Shown: piece after piece, positions 1-8,930 of the stretch | Layout: each line of letters starts with the position of its first letter | Position numbering within the stretch: position 1 is the first letter of the stretch | Origin: a virus | Taxonomy: Duplodnaviria; Caudoviricetes | Strand: one strand, 5' to 3' | Virus record (IMG/VR): IMGVR_UViG_3300050141_000005 | Coordinates: 1-26,070 of that record | DNA: 26,070 nt | Notes under the pieces: model-generated | Databases searched by the model: none | What the model was told of the DNA's origin: nothing | What the model saw: only the letters and a program-made list of their open reading frames with translations | Translations under genes and position numbers: made by a program

Positions 1-1
1 A

Positions 2-952
2 ATTTTGGTCAACTATGTGGACCCCGTTCTGGCGCGGCAGGGATTTTTCGGCACACTGCATACGGGGTTGGATGTGAAGACTGTACTTCAGGAAGCTCTG
101 GGCAAAGAATTTGTGTTGAAGAGCGCAAAAATAGGCGCCGCAACTGGGGGACTCTGGTGGTTTAAGGATCCATTGTTTGTTGCACGCCTCAAAGAAATCC
201 CTCTGAGCGAACGTGTCGAGCAAACAGTCTTTCGTATCTTGCATGAAAAGGCCAGAGTCACTTTTACTGAAGTGTGGGATGGCGTGAGCCGTGAATTTCC
301 GAATTCGCTCACATCAGATAGCACCAGCATCAAACAGGCACTCGAAACCTATGCACGCAAGGTTGGAAGCACAGGGGAGTGGATGCTAAAGCAAGAGATT
401 AGAGAGCGAATTCGGTCACACTCCGAAATCATTGCTCTCCTCGCCAGAGTCGGAAAGGCACAGGGTTTTGATATTTGCATAGGCAAGCCTGAGCAGGCCG
501 CGACAGCAGATGGTCTCGCCGGAGGTGTTCGCCTCGCTACTCTGGTTACCTCCAAACCAAAGAAGCTTAACGGCGTCACGAATCTCAGAGATGTATTGCT
601 GATGGATTTGCTATGGTTGAAGGACGACGCTGTCTATGCTGCTTTTGAGGTTGAATCGACCACAACCATGACGAGTGCTTTACAACGAGGATCAAATCTC
701 CCAGAGGGTGTGTTGAAGGTCATGGTTTTGCCAGAAGAGCGGAAGGCAGATTTCGACCGCAAGATGCAGTCACCACTCTTTAGCGATTTCTTTACGAGTC
801 ACGGCTGGCAACTCTTGTTCTTCGATAAATTCAGAGAGGCATTCAGCAAAAGCAAGGACTCTACGCCCATCGATACGTTGTTTGGCAAGATGAGCAGTGT
901 CACGAGTAAAGCTCCTGCTCCAGCGGAAACACAGCAAGCTCTAGATTTCTGA
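2..952 (+). CDS. 5'-truncated protein with C-terminal PD-(D/E)xK-like nuclease domain (possible restriction-modification/defence protein)
   Basis: Frame is open from the window edge. The motif MDLLWL...AAFEVESTTTMTSALQRGSNL resembles D-x(n)-FEVE nuclease domains found on methyltransferase/restriction fusions. Confidence 0.5.
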   Translation: MLVNYVDPVLARQGFFGTLHTGLDVKTVLQEALGKEFVLKSAKIGAATGGLWWFKDPLFVARLKEIPLSERVEQTVFRILHEKARVTFTEVWDGVSREFPNSLTSDSTSIKQALETYARKVGSTGEWMLKQEIRERIRSHSEIIALLARVGKAQGFDICIGKPEQAATADGLAGGVRLATLVTSKPKKLNGVTNLRDVLLMDLLWLKDDAVYAAFEVESTTTMTSALQRGSNLPEGVLKVMVLPEERKADFDRKMQSPLFSDFFTSHGWQLLFFDKFREAFSKSKDSTPIDTLFGKMSSVTSKAPAPAETQQALDF

Positions 953-983
953 GGCTTTTGCCCGACACTCGGTGGGATAATGA

Positions 984-1382
984 ATGCGAGGGAGATTGAC
1001 TATGCCAAGCTGGCTTCAATGGCTCCTCGCAGGAGTGCCTAAAGTTTTGAACAGGCTCTTTCGTAAACCGCAACCCCAATCAGCAGCCGAAAGGCTGGCT
1101 GAGTTCCAGCTCGAAGAGGCAGAAAGCAAACGCAAGATAGAGATTTTGTCGGACCAACTGGAACTCGCCTGGGCGCGATATGCGACAGAGAACGTCGCGG
1201 CTAACAATGACTACTTTCCAGAACCATTCGTGGCGAATCTCATCAATGTGCGAGTGGAAGAGTTCAGAAAAGTCGCATCTCACATGGGCGAAGATCGAAT
1301 CGACAGAATTAGCGTGAATGGGGAATATCTATATCGAGTCGTCTCGGGGCTGGCAAAGTCGCGGGCACGAGCACGCGCTTGA
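984..1382 (+). CDS. hypothetical protein (alternative start ATG 1002)
   Basis: 132-aa ORF; GGGAG at about 990 precedes ATG 1002; convergent with the phage nuclease gene. Confidence 0.5.
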   Translation: MRGRLTMPSWLQWLLAGVPKVLNRLFRKPQPQSAAERLAEFQLEEAESKRKIEILSDQLELAWARYATENVAANNDYFPEPFVANLINVRVEEFRKVASHMGEDRIDRISVNGEYLYRVVSGLAKSRARARA

Positions 1383-1391
1383 GTCTCGGGG

Positions 1392-1676
1392 TCAGAGCGT
1401 TGCTAATACAGCCAAAGCTTGCTCAACCGATTCAACGATGTGCTTGCTGCCGCGCCATCCGTCGTGCCATTTCACTTCGGCTTCGGTCAGTGTTTTCTTG
1501 CTCGGAGGCTTCGCGCCGTCCTTGACCTCTATCACTGTGGTCACTTTGCGGATACCGACGAGCAAATCTGGGCAGCCATTGCCAACACTCGCCAGAGATG
1601 TCACCGAAGCCCCTGCTTGCCGCAGTGCTTTCACGATGTCTGGTTGGTTGGAATCGAGGTTGGGATAGCGGCGCAC
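1392..1676 (-). CDS. VRR-NUC/Holliday-junction-resolvase-like small phage nuclease
   Basis: D.NQ..IV.ALR..GASV...GCPDLLVG...IEVKDG.K...LT..E..W pattern, a PD-(D/E)xK core. Confidence 0.8.
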   Translation of the reverse strand: MRRYPNLDSNQPDIVKALRQAGASVTSLASVGNGCPDLLVGIRKVTTVIEVKDGAKPPSKKTLTEAEVKWHDGWRGSKHIVESVEQALAVLATL

Positions 1677-1682
1677 GATGCT

Positions 1683-2021
1683 TTAGCGGACCTTGCCTGA
1701 GAGGTGCTGAAAGTAGAGGGCGAGTGCGGAGCCTTCGAGTGCAAGTACAGCGATGGCGCCAGCGACCCACTTTATTGTTCCGGTGCGCCACGTTTCGAGT
1801 TTCCCTGTGCGCTTCTCAAGCGCAGCATGGCGCTCACTCTGTTCCTTCTTCGTCTCTTCAGATTGCCGCATGATGTAGGGCAGGGCGCCTTCTTGCCCGT
1901 CTCCGCCGAATAGCCGCTTGTTCGTCTCTGCAACTAGCGTCTCGACGCGAGCCATGCTCTCCGTTAAGTGAAGATTCGTCTGGTGCTGTGTGGCAATGAA
2001 GTCGTTGAGTTGATCTGACAC
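1683..2021 (-). CDS. coiled-coil protein with C-terminal transmembrane helix (holin/XhlA-like candidate)
   Basis: GTG start preceded by GGGAG; helical N-terminus; hydrophobic WVAGAIAVLALEGSALALYF followed by a basic tail. Confidence 0.55.
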   Translation of the reverse strand: MSDQLNDFIATQHQTNLHLTESMARVETLVAETNKRLFGGDGQEGALPYIMRQSEETKKEQSERHAALEKRTGKLETWRTGTIKWVAGAIAVLALEGSALALYFQHLSGKVR

Positions 2022-2082
2022 GAACTGCTCCCTTTGTTGAGCACCGCGCTGCCGGGATATTAGCGAGCGCTTGCGCTATGTC

Positions 2083-2108
2083 TACACATAGCGGCTCAGA
2101 AATCACAT
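2083..2108 (-). promoter_or_regulatory. motif A copy 1 (putative late promoter)
   Basis: 24/26 identical to 15445-15470; lies upstream of the minus-strand gene starting at 2021. Confidence 0.55.
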
Positions 2109-2158
2109 ACACGGCTAGGTGTTGAGGAGGCAGGGCTTGCCTGTACGCCATTTATTCG

Positions 2159-2194
2159 TTGACAAGCGTATTACAGTCGTATACACTGGTATAC
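2159..2194 (+). promoter_or_regulatory. sigma70-type promoter with overlapping GTATAC operator repeats
   Basis: TTGACA 2159-2164, 17-bp spacer, TACACT 2182-2187; palindromic GTATAC at 2179-2184 and 2189-2194. Confidence 0.8.
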
Positions 2195-2329
2195 ATGAAC
2201 ACACCAGTTACAGCAGTAAGAATCCCAGAAGAGCTTCGAGAGAAGTTGCAGAAGCTGGCCGAGAAAGAGAACAGATCGCTGAGCAATTTGATCGTTACGA
2301 TTTTGGAGAAAGCTGTGAAAACTAAGTAG
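2195..2329 (+). CDS. Arc/CopG-family ribbon-helix-helix DNA-binding protein (44 aa, absent from the ORF track)
   Basis: Translated by hand: MNTPVTAVRIPEELREKLQKLAEKENRSLSNLIVTILEKAVKTK; the vRiP..L...L...A..E.RSls pattern is typical of Arc. Confidence 0.88.
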   Translation: MNTPVTAVRIPEELREKLQKLAEKENRSLSNLIVTILEKAVKTK

Positions 2330-2395
2330 CAGGAAAAAGTAACGGCTCTGGTGGGGACGCCAATCCCCGCCAAAGCCTAACCCAAGGAGAACCCA

Positions 2396-2809
2396 GTGAC
2401 GAGAATCCAAAGGCTGTCGTGTATTTTAACACTCCTCATCGCCGCAATTCCGGCGAGCGCCGTCAACGTTTTCACAACCAGCAAGTCGTGCGCAGCGCTC
2501 CCCATCGCAGTGCAAACCATCAATCAGCTACCCGCTGCGTACCCGAAGGATTGGACGATAGTGATTGCCTGCTCTGATGCTGACTGGAACTTTTTGCAGC
2601 GGAAAGCAGACGCATTCGACACCAACCATGCCTTCACGAATTTCAAAAGCAAGATGACGGTCGTACGCGGTGATATTTTCCTGAACCCGGAAATGGGACG
2701 GCGCCCTGATTTCATCCTGCTTCACGAGTTAGGGCACATCGACTGCGCTTGCAATGACGAGAACAGGGCTGAGAAGTTCGCCCAGCAGCACTATGGGAGG
2801 ACAAAATGA
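2396..2809 (+). CDS. secreted zinc metallopeptidase-like protein
   Basis: AAGGAG RBS, GTG start, signal-peptide-like N-terminus ending ASA, HELGH (HExxH) followed by ENRAEKFA. Confidence 0.65.
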   Translation: MTRIQRLSCILTLLIAAIPASAVNVFTTSKSCAALPIAVQTINQLPAAYPKDWTIVIACSDADWNFLQRKADAFDTNHAFTNFKSKMTVVRGDIFLNPEMGRRPDFILLHELGHIDCACNDENRAEKFAQQHYGRTK

Positions 2810-3084
2810 GCGGAATCAAATTCAGTCCTGGCTCAGTAGTCGCAACTCCCGGCGTGCTGGAAGAGTTCAAGAAGTCCGGGGATGATCCTCAAGCCTTCTT
2901 GATACGGCACATTGCAGGAGATTGGGGAGAGGTCAACAAAGAGGACTGGAATGCGAATGAAGAAAGCCTCTTGTTTGGTGAACGACTTCTCTCTGTGTAT
3001 CGCATGAGCAACGGTACGAAGTTCTGGATAATCACCGAACGAGACCGTTCCTACACAACGTTTCTGTTGCCGTCTGAGTATTGA
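2806..3084 (+). CDS. conserved mobile-element protein of unknown function (RH..GDWG...WIITE.DRS.TT.LLP.EY family)
   Basis: Motif set familiar from plasmid/ICE/phage hypothetical proteins; ATGA overlap with the upstream gene. Confidence 0.75.
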   Translation: MSGIKFSPGSVVATPGVLEEFKKSGDDPQAFLIRHIAGDWGEVNKEDWNANEESLLFGERLLSVYRMSNGTKFWIITERDRSYTTFLLPSEY

Positions 3085-3100
3085 AAACCCCGAAAGCCCA

Positions 3101-3135
3101 AGCCCTTGACAGAAGATTTCTGTCAGGGGCTTTTT
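3101..3135 (+). terminator. intrinsic terminator between convergent genes
   Basis: AGCCCTTGACAGAA-GAT-TTCTGTCAGGGGCT stem followed by a T run. Confidence 0.85.
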
Positions 3136-3138
3136 CTC

Positions 3139-3489
3139 TTAGAAGCGCTTCGGCTTCAACGGCGGAAACCCTGCGATAGCATGAACCTTGGCGATTGCTT
3201 GCTTTGTCGTATCCGTGGGCAAAACGCCATGCCGTTTGAGCTTCTCATGATGCTCGGGCGCGATGCATTCTGTTCCTTTGTGATCTGGCAATACGAGAAT
3301 ACCAGCCGCCTCTAAAGCGTCAGCGATCCGCTCTGGGTCTCCCTTACCAAACACCTGCACAATGCCTATCACTTGTTTGTCGTCACCATCTGGGCGCCAG
3401 CCGTGCGTGGACTGTCCCTGAATGCCGCGTAATGCTTGCTGCACGGCAGAAGCGCCAGTTGGCGAAACGAAATAAATACTAATCATCAT
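3139..3489 (-). CDS. hypothetical protein, last gene of the tail operon
   Basis: 116-aa ORF 14 bp downstream of the tail tip gene, AAGGAA upstream, ending at the terminator. Confidence 0.7.
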   Translation of the reverse strand: MMISIYFVSPTGASAVQQALRGIQGQSTHGWRPDGDDKQVIGIVQVFGKGDPERIADALEAAGILVLPDHKGTECIAPEHHEKLKRHGVLPTDTTKQAIAKVHAIAGFPPLKPKRF

Positions 3490-3503
3490 GGGGCTGTTCC
3501 TTC

Positions 3504-6500
3504 TTACGTTTGAACATTGTGGACGACTAGACCGTTCGATAACGTGTAGCTGTGCTCCGTGTCAGGCTGCGAACCGTCATCTTCTTCGTCCGTTTCGATG
3601 TACATGTTGTGAATCGTTCCCGCATAATGAACAGCAGGGAACTTTTTCAACTCATGCATCTGCTTCCAAGAACCGTCGAGAACATTATGCGAGAGCGTAG
3701 AAAGTTCATCGTCTCCCATATCAAGCATCGGGCCGAGATAGTTCTTAGTGATGAGGCAGGTGATTGTTCTCCACGTTCCACGCGCTGTTAGCACTTGGTC
3801 CTGTTCAGGAACAAGCTCGGCGAATGCCACATTGCCGCGTTGCGTTTTGACCTTGGTGTTTGGCGTAAAGCAGGTGTGAGAACCGCCACCACCAGAGCCG
3901 CCCCCACTACCGGATGCGGTTGTCGCTGCTGTGACATAGACCGAGTTGGAGCAGGGTACATTGCCATCTCCGTTCGCAACTTGAACCATCTGCGCAAGCG
4001 TTGGAGCGCCGGTGCTCGTGTACAGAATTTCCACTGTCGCAGTCCCGTTGGCATTCAACACGACATAGGGAGAAAAGTAGTAGGTCGTGCTCGCAGTCAA
4101 GCCAGAGAACTCTTGTGGGGTCGTACCGCCGTAACTGGTTCCACTGCTTCCAGAGCGCGAAGTAGCGGTCCCGGTGCTTGCAGCTACCGTATAAGTGCTT
4201 CCATCGGGGCAGTAAATATCGAATGCACTCCAAGACCAAGTGATAGTGGTAGTCGTGGAGGTATAGCTGAATGCGTAGTCCGATATTGTCGAGATGCTGC
4301 CTTGGGAGTTCAAACCAGTGCTTCCCGCTCCTGAAGCATTTGGAGAAGGAGCGAGCTTATAACCGCTGCTTCCAAACCCCGGAGTGATGCCATACTTAAG
4401 TGCAGCGGGATTAGGCGTGTAGGTGTAGTCAGTACAGTCCACTACGAGATTGCCATTCACCCAAGCTGCCATGTATCCGTTAGCACCAATGTAGATGGCA
4501 ACGTTCATCCATCCCGTAATCGCACCAGTCGTGCTGCCATAGTAAGCAATACCAGCCGGAGACGCCTGTGTGTTGGCCGAGAAGCTTGATGACTTCACCA
4601 AGTAGCAGGGATATGCGCCAGAGTTCTGAGAAAAGTTGAAGATGTACCCCTCGTTAGAACTTGCGGTCGAGGGAATCTGGATTTCGATCTGACCAGCCGG
4701 GTTGTAGATTTGTCCCACGATCCAGCCCGGAACTTGGAAGGCATTTCCCGCCACGGGGCTTGTGCTTGCATTAGCCACAGCAGTGACAGAGTTGACGATG
4801 TCCGTACCGCCGCCGTTGGTCGGTGGACCATAGAGCGTCTTGTTCGCCGGGTCAGTGATACCGTTTCCTGACGGGAACCACAGAGCCTGTGAGCCATTCC
4901 AAACGGTGTAAGTAAGCGCACTGTTGATGCTGGTGTTGACGGAGGACAGGTTACCGTCGGGGATGAGTTCAGTTGAACCCTTCGGTGGTGTCCAGAGAAG
5001 CTGGAGTCCCCACGGTGCGAGAGCACTCTGCCACTCAATAACGAGAGGATAATAGACTCCCTTGGTCAGCAGAATCTGAGCAGATGAGCCACTGGAATAT
5101 GTCAGGTTGGCCGACATAGCATGCCGAGCCGCGAGATTGTCTGTACCCACCAGCATTCCGCCAATGTAGAGATTTGCGCCATCGTCAGAGTTCAGACCAA
5201 TGGTGTACTCACCCGTTACCGAGGGAATCAGAAAGCCAACGATGCGACCGTAGAAGTAATTCTGATTGGCTCCGCCAAAATCGGAGTTGTATCCCGGATA
5301 CGCATAATAAGATGACCCGAAGTTGACGACGTTGCTATACGCAGAAGGACCGTAACAAGGTGCCCAGCCCAGCGGACCGTAGCCCGTCCCGTTGTAGTTC
5401 GGGACCAGATTGAGACCGCTGGAGGCGTCGATTGTGCCGGGATTAAGTCCGGGCACCGTGAACGTCGTCGCTGTGAGTGAAGACAGCGGCTGAGCATTGT
5501 TATTGAACTGGTTGAAGGACTGGAACTTGAAATAGAGAGTCTGTCCCGCCCACGTTGGGTCGTACTGGTACTGAAAAACGCTGTCATCCAACCGCATAAA
5601 CAGTGAACCAGCAGCGAACGAGTTGATGGAAGTGCCCATCTGTCCACGGCGCAGGTAGCCATTCATCGTGTACTGATTGTCAGCAGTGACAGAGCATGCG
5701 CTGTAGGATATGACCTCTTCAGCGGTCGTGCTTCCAATGAAGCACATCGTCACATCGTTGTCGGCATCAGCATCTGAACCAGCATCCAGCGGCGAACAAT
5801 TCTCTGCGAGGGTTACTACGATGGAGTTGACGGTGTCTGGATCGGAGCCGGTAGCCAGAGAGGACGCGAGCACACCCATGCGTGCTGCTTGCTGGATAGT
5901 CCCTACTTGAGCGTAATTTGAGCCATCACGCGATACCCAGATGTTGCAACCGCCCCACTGTGCAGTCGTGCCGCAAGCCCCAATCATAATGGTGTTACCC
6001 TGCTGCTTCGAGAGGCGGTTAGTCGCTTCGAACATTACGACTTCAGAGTTTCCCGGCTGTGCCCACTGGTTCACAAGCACAGAAGCAGCGCTGATTTGTT
6101 TATTGAACAGCACAGGCTCAGCTGCCAGCGCTTGATAGTCCTCAGCGGTCATCTTCAGTCCATCGACAGGATCATCCTCGACCTTCGTTATGCGAACAGG
6201 AAGATTGTTGATGGCAAGATTGATGTTGTTCAGACCAGCAGCCCATGCGCTAGAGGTTGTGATCGTAACGATGTCCATCGGCTCTACGTAGGAGTAGATG
6301 AACGGCAGCGTGAACTCATAGGTGTTGCGAATGCTCGTCGAACGCTTTACGCGCATGTTAGCCGCGAACGTTGCCGATGTCAGTGTCTTGATGAAGTCGA
6401 AAGACACGGGCTCTTCAACGCGCAGTCCAAAGCGGTTGATTGCTGCCTGATCCGACTCCTGACAAACGTCATCCTGATATTGATTGGCGCGGTTGGAGAA

Positions 6501-8426
6501 ACCAATCTGCGTTTTGGTGATAACGTCCTGCCAAGGAGAGCGCGTCAGCTTGACTGGATCTTCGCCTTCCTTTGCAACGAAGCAGGTGTCATCCAGAGCG
6601 ACAACATAAGACTGCGGACCAACCCATGTGCAGCCGTTTGCCGCTGCTGAAGTCGAGCCGTACGGGACCAGCTTGAGCAAACCCTCAGACATGAAGCCAG
6701 CGCACATCCCAGCCTCAAGCCACTTGCCCATGACGCTGGCGGCTGATTCTTGCGAGTCGAGCTTTGGTGAAATAAAGAAGTTGTTAGCGGCGAACCAGTT
6801 CCATGCGGTGCTGCCCACAGAACGAGTGCCAGGGGTTCCTACAGCGCCGCCCCACGTTCCGCTTGCGCCGTTGTCAATAGCAGAGACAGGGAAAGGAACG
6901 GTGCCGCTGCCCAAGCCCCAGCTATTGTCGGTGAGCACGCGATAAATGCACTGAACAGGATTGCAGTCTGTTATGCCGCCGCCGAAGGCATCAGCAGTCA
7001 GAACCTCAAAAGTGTTGTCCTGAACTTGCGCCGATTCGCCGAGGAACATCGGACCGTAACCGACGTAAGAAATCTTTGTGTACCCCAGAGCCTGACCGGG
7101 GTCTCCCGGCATCGTGCCTGATGCAACGTTGGCGCTCCCACCGCCAAGTTGCCATGAGCCGCCATTCTCCAAGAACGGCCACACGGCTTGACCTTGAGCA
7201 CCGCCAAACAACTCGAAATTGATAAGCTCGGGCGCCGACTGCCCAACCGCCGACTGGTTGGTGTAGCCCCACGTCATCATTATCTCGTTGCCTAAATCGG
7301 CAGCAGAGAACTGGTAATAGGTGTAGTAAGTTCCGCCAGCGCTGATCGCTCCAAAGAAGCGATACGTTCCCGCTGCGGTCGGCGTGCCAGAGACTTGCGT
7401 GAGCGTGACTCCAGCATTCGGATTGTTTTCGCCGTAATACTGCACATTGATGTTCGAGGTCGGCGTGTACTGGTTGCTCACTTGAACCGCGTAGGGAACC
7501 GAAGTCCCATTGATGACGGAGGACGCCGGAACGATTGCGATGTCCTGCTGCATCAGCAACGAGTAGTTGAACTGGTACCAAACATTGGCAGACTTACCCG
7601 AGTCCGCTGACGAGAAGTGATAGGTGTTTCCGATGTCCTCAGCAGTGCCCGCGTGAGTCTCGGCCACGCCGCTCGCATTGTTGAGTGTGAGCGCGGTCGC
7701 TGAAGAAGCCGTGCAAGTGAACGTGCCGTTGTTGGCGGCATGAGTAAAGCCTGCAATGGTGAAGCGAAAGCCCACGAATCCGTTTGAAGCCCCACTCGGA
7801 GAACTGAACGTGCCCGTGTAAACAGTATTTCCACCAGAAGCATTTGCCACGGCAGTTAGAGTGAACGTGCCAATGCTTGCAGTGCTGATGGAATATTGCC
7901 CCGTGGTGAGCGCTACCGAGTTAGCTGCTGGTGAAATGGAATAGTTGTAGGGAACCAACTGCATGGGAGCGTTGTCCGTCCCGCTCAACACAGTTGAAGC
8001 TGGTTGCCCATAGTCTGTGTAAGTTTCGCTGTAGGTGTTTGCCAGCGTGACGCCGTTGTCCGCGATGAGCAGAGCAGCATTCGAGGGTGAATAGTTCTGC
8101 TGTACGGAGATGCCCTCGTTCGTTCCTTGAGTAGAGAGCCAAGACTGGCCAGTCCACACACCACCGATGGCTGTGACCTCTGTTGCAGAGAGTGCAGCCA
8201 CGACAGTGGCATAGTAGAGATACAGGTTCGCGCCCTTGCCGCCGCCTTTGCCGCCAGCGCCGCTGCTCACCTTCTGCTCTTGCATGGGTCCGATGAACAT
8301 CAGGGACTGATGAGTACGCGCCTGTCCCATCACAACAGGGATCGGATACCCCTGCGTGCTCTGGGTCATCTGCACATTGTTCACCGACTTCGGCTTGGGT
8401 GTGCCGCTACCAAAAATCATTGACAT
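3504..8426 (-). CDS. tail tip/host-specificity protein (GTA megatron-like) with PA14, lectin/FN3-like and C-terminal Hint domains
   Basis: 1640 aa; follows NlpC/P60. Phage-tail_3-like segment (DQAAINRFGLR...NTYEFTLP...VEPMDIVTI); PA14 motif NSDDGANLYIGG; C-terminal CFTPNTKV...TLSH...NGLVVHN. Confidence 0.88.
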   Translation of the reverse strand: MSMIFGSGTPKPKSVNNVQMTQSTQGYPIPVVMGQARTHQSLMFIGPMQEQKVSSGAGGKGGGKGANLYLYYATVVAALSATEVTAIGGVWTGQSWLSTQGTNEGISVQQNYSPSNAALLIADNGVTLANTYSETYTDYGQPASTVLSGTDNAPMQLVPYNYSISPAANSVALTTGQYSISTASIGTFTLTAVANASGGNTVYTGTFSSPSGASNGFVGFRFTIAGFTHAANNGTFTCTASSATALTLNNASGVAETHAGTAEDIGNTYHFSSADSGKSANVWYQFNYSLLMQQDIAIVPASSVINGTSVPYAVQVSNQYTPTSNINVQYYGENNPNAGVTLTQVSGTPTAAGTYRFFGAISAGGTYYTYYQFSAADLGNEIMMTWGYTNQSAVGQSAPELINFELFGGAQGQAVWPFLENGGSWQLGGGSANVASGTMPGDPGQALGYTKISYVGYGPMFLGESAQVQDNTFEVLTADAFGGGITDCNPVQCIYRVLTDNSWGLGSGTVPFPVSAIDNGASGTWGGAVGTPGTRSVGSTAWNWFAANNFFISPKLDSQESAASVMGKWLEAGMCAGFMSEGLLKLVPYGSTSAAANGCTWVGPQSYVVALDDTCFVAKEGEDPVKLTRSPWQDVITKTQIGFSNRANQYQDDVCQESDQAAINRFGLRVEEPVSFDFIKTLTSATFAANMRVKRSTSIRNTYEFTLPFIYSYVEPMDIVTITTSSAWAAGLNNINLAINNLPVRITKVEDDPVDGLKMTAEDYQALAAEPVLFNKQISAASVLVNQWAQPGNSEVVMFEATNRLSKQQGNTIMIGACGTTAQWGGCNIWVSRDGSNYAQVGTIQQAARMGVLASSLATGSDPDTVNSIVVTLAENCSPLDAGSDADADNDVTMCFIGSTTAEEVISYSACSVTADNQYTMNGYLRRGQMGTSINSFAAGSLFMRLDDSVFQYQYDPTWAGQTLYFKFQSFNQFNNNAQPLSSLTATTFTVPGLNPGTIDASSGLNLVPNYNGTGYGPLGWAPCYGPSAYSNVVNFGSSYYAYPGYNSDFGGANQNYFYGRIVGFLIPSVTGEYTIGLNSDDGANLYIGGMLVGTDNLAARHAMSANLTYSSGSSAQILLTKGVYYPLVIEWQSALAPWGLQLLWTPPKGSTELIPDGNLSSVNTSINSALTYTVWNGSQALWFPSGNGITDPANKTLYGPPTNGGGTDIVNSVTAVANASTSPVAGNAFQVPGWIVGQIYNPAGQIEIQIPSTASSNEGYIFNFSQNSGAYPCYLVKSSSFSANTQASPAGIAYYGSTTGAITGWMNVAIYIGANGYMAAWVNGNLVVDCTDYTYTPNPAALKYGITPGFGSSGYKLAPSPNASGAGSTGLNSQGSISTISDYAFSYTSTTTTITWSWSAFDIYCPDGSTYTVAASTGTATSRSGSSGTSYGGTTPQEFSGLTASTTYYFSPYVVLNANGTATVEILYTSTGAPTLAQMVQVANGDGNVPCSNSVYVTAATTASGSGGGSGGGGSHTCFTPNTKVKTQRGNVAFAELVPEQDQVLTARGTWRTITCLITKNYLGPMLDMGDDELSTLSHNVLDGSWKQMHELKKFPAVHYAGTIHNMYIETDEEDDGSQPDTEHSYTLSNGLVVHNVQT

Positions 8427-8923
8427 TACGCAACCACCTTCTCGATCAGAGTTTCATTCGCTGGAATGAACTCCTCTTTCAGCGTGAAGAACTTCCGGGA
8501 GGTCTTCATCAAGCGCGGATGCTTGTCGCCCGATGCTCCGCGTACCCCGCCGTGGGCAAAGGCATGAACTACGAAAGCCGGCCACTCGACAATCAGCGCG
8601 GCGTGAGCGAATGCCAGTCCGAGCTTGTAAACCACGATGTCACCGGGGAGCGCTTCCGCTTCAGGAACCTCGCGAAAGTACTTCCGTATAAGGTCGATAT
8701 ATTCCGTGGACTCTTTGTGCTGTGCCACAGAGAGGCTGTAATACTTCGGCAGGTCAATCTCTGGCGCCAGAAAGCCAGCATTGATGTAGACGCCCGCGAG
8801 AATTTGTCCGCAGTCAACGCCGCCCTTCGGACCCTTAACCCGCGACCAGCCGCGATATGGAGTTCCGATCCATGACTTTGTTTCATGGACGAGCTTTTCC
8901 CTTTGTGCGGTCGTGAGTGGCAT
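8426..8923 (-). CDS. NlpC/P60 family tail-associated peptidase
   Basis: WIGTPY...GVDCGQ...PGDIVVY...AHAAL; likely start ATG 8923 after AAGGA; position matches GTA-like baseplates. Confidence 0.88.
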   Translation of the reverse strand: MPLTTAQREKLVHETKSWIGTPYRGWSRVKGPKGGVDCGQILAGVYINAGFLAPEIDLPKYYSLSVAQHKESTEYIDLIRKYFREVPEAEALPGDIVVYKLGLAFAHAALIVEWPAFVVHAFAHGGVRGASGDKHPRLMKTSRKFFTLKEEFIPANETLIEKVVA

Positions 8924-8930
8924 ATTGTCC

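Noticed and set aside
2119-2410. Three short ORF-track calls (2119+, 2152-, 2171-)
   Set aside because: The real gene is the Arc-like ORF 2195-2329 in another frame.
3504-3872. Canonical splicing intein with homing endonuclease
   Set aside because: The +1 residue is Val, the C-extein is three residues, and there is no endonuclease insert.
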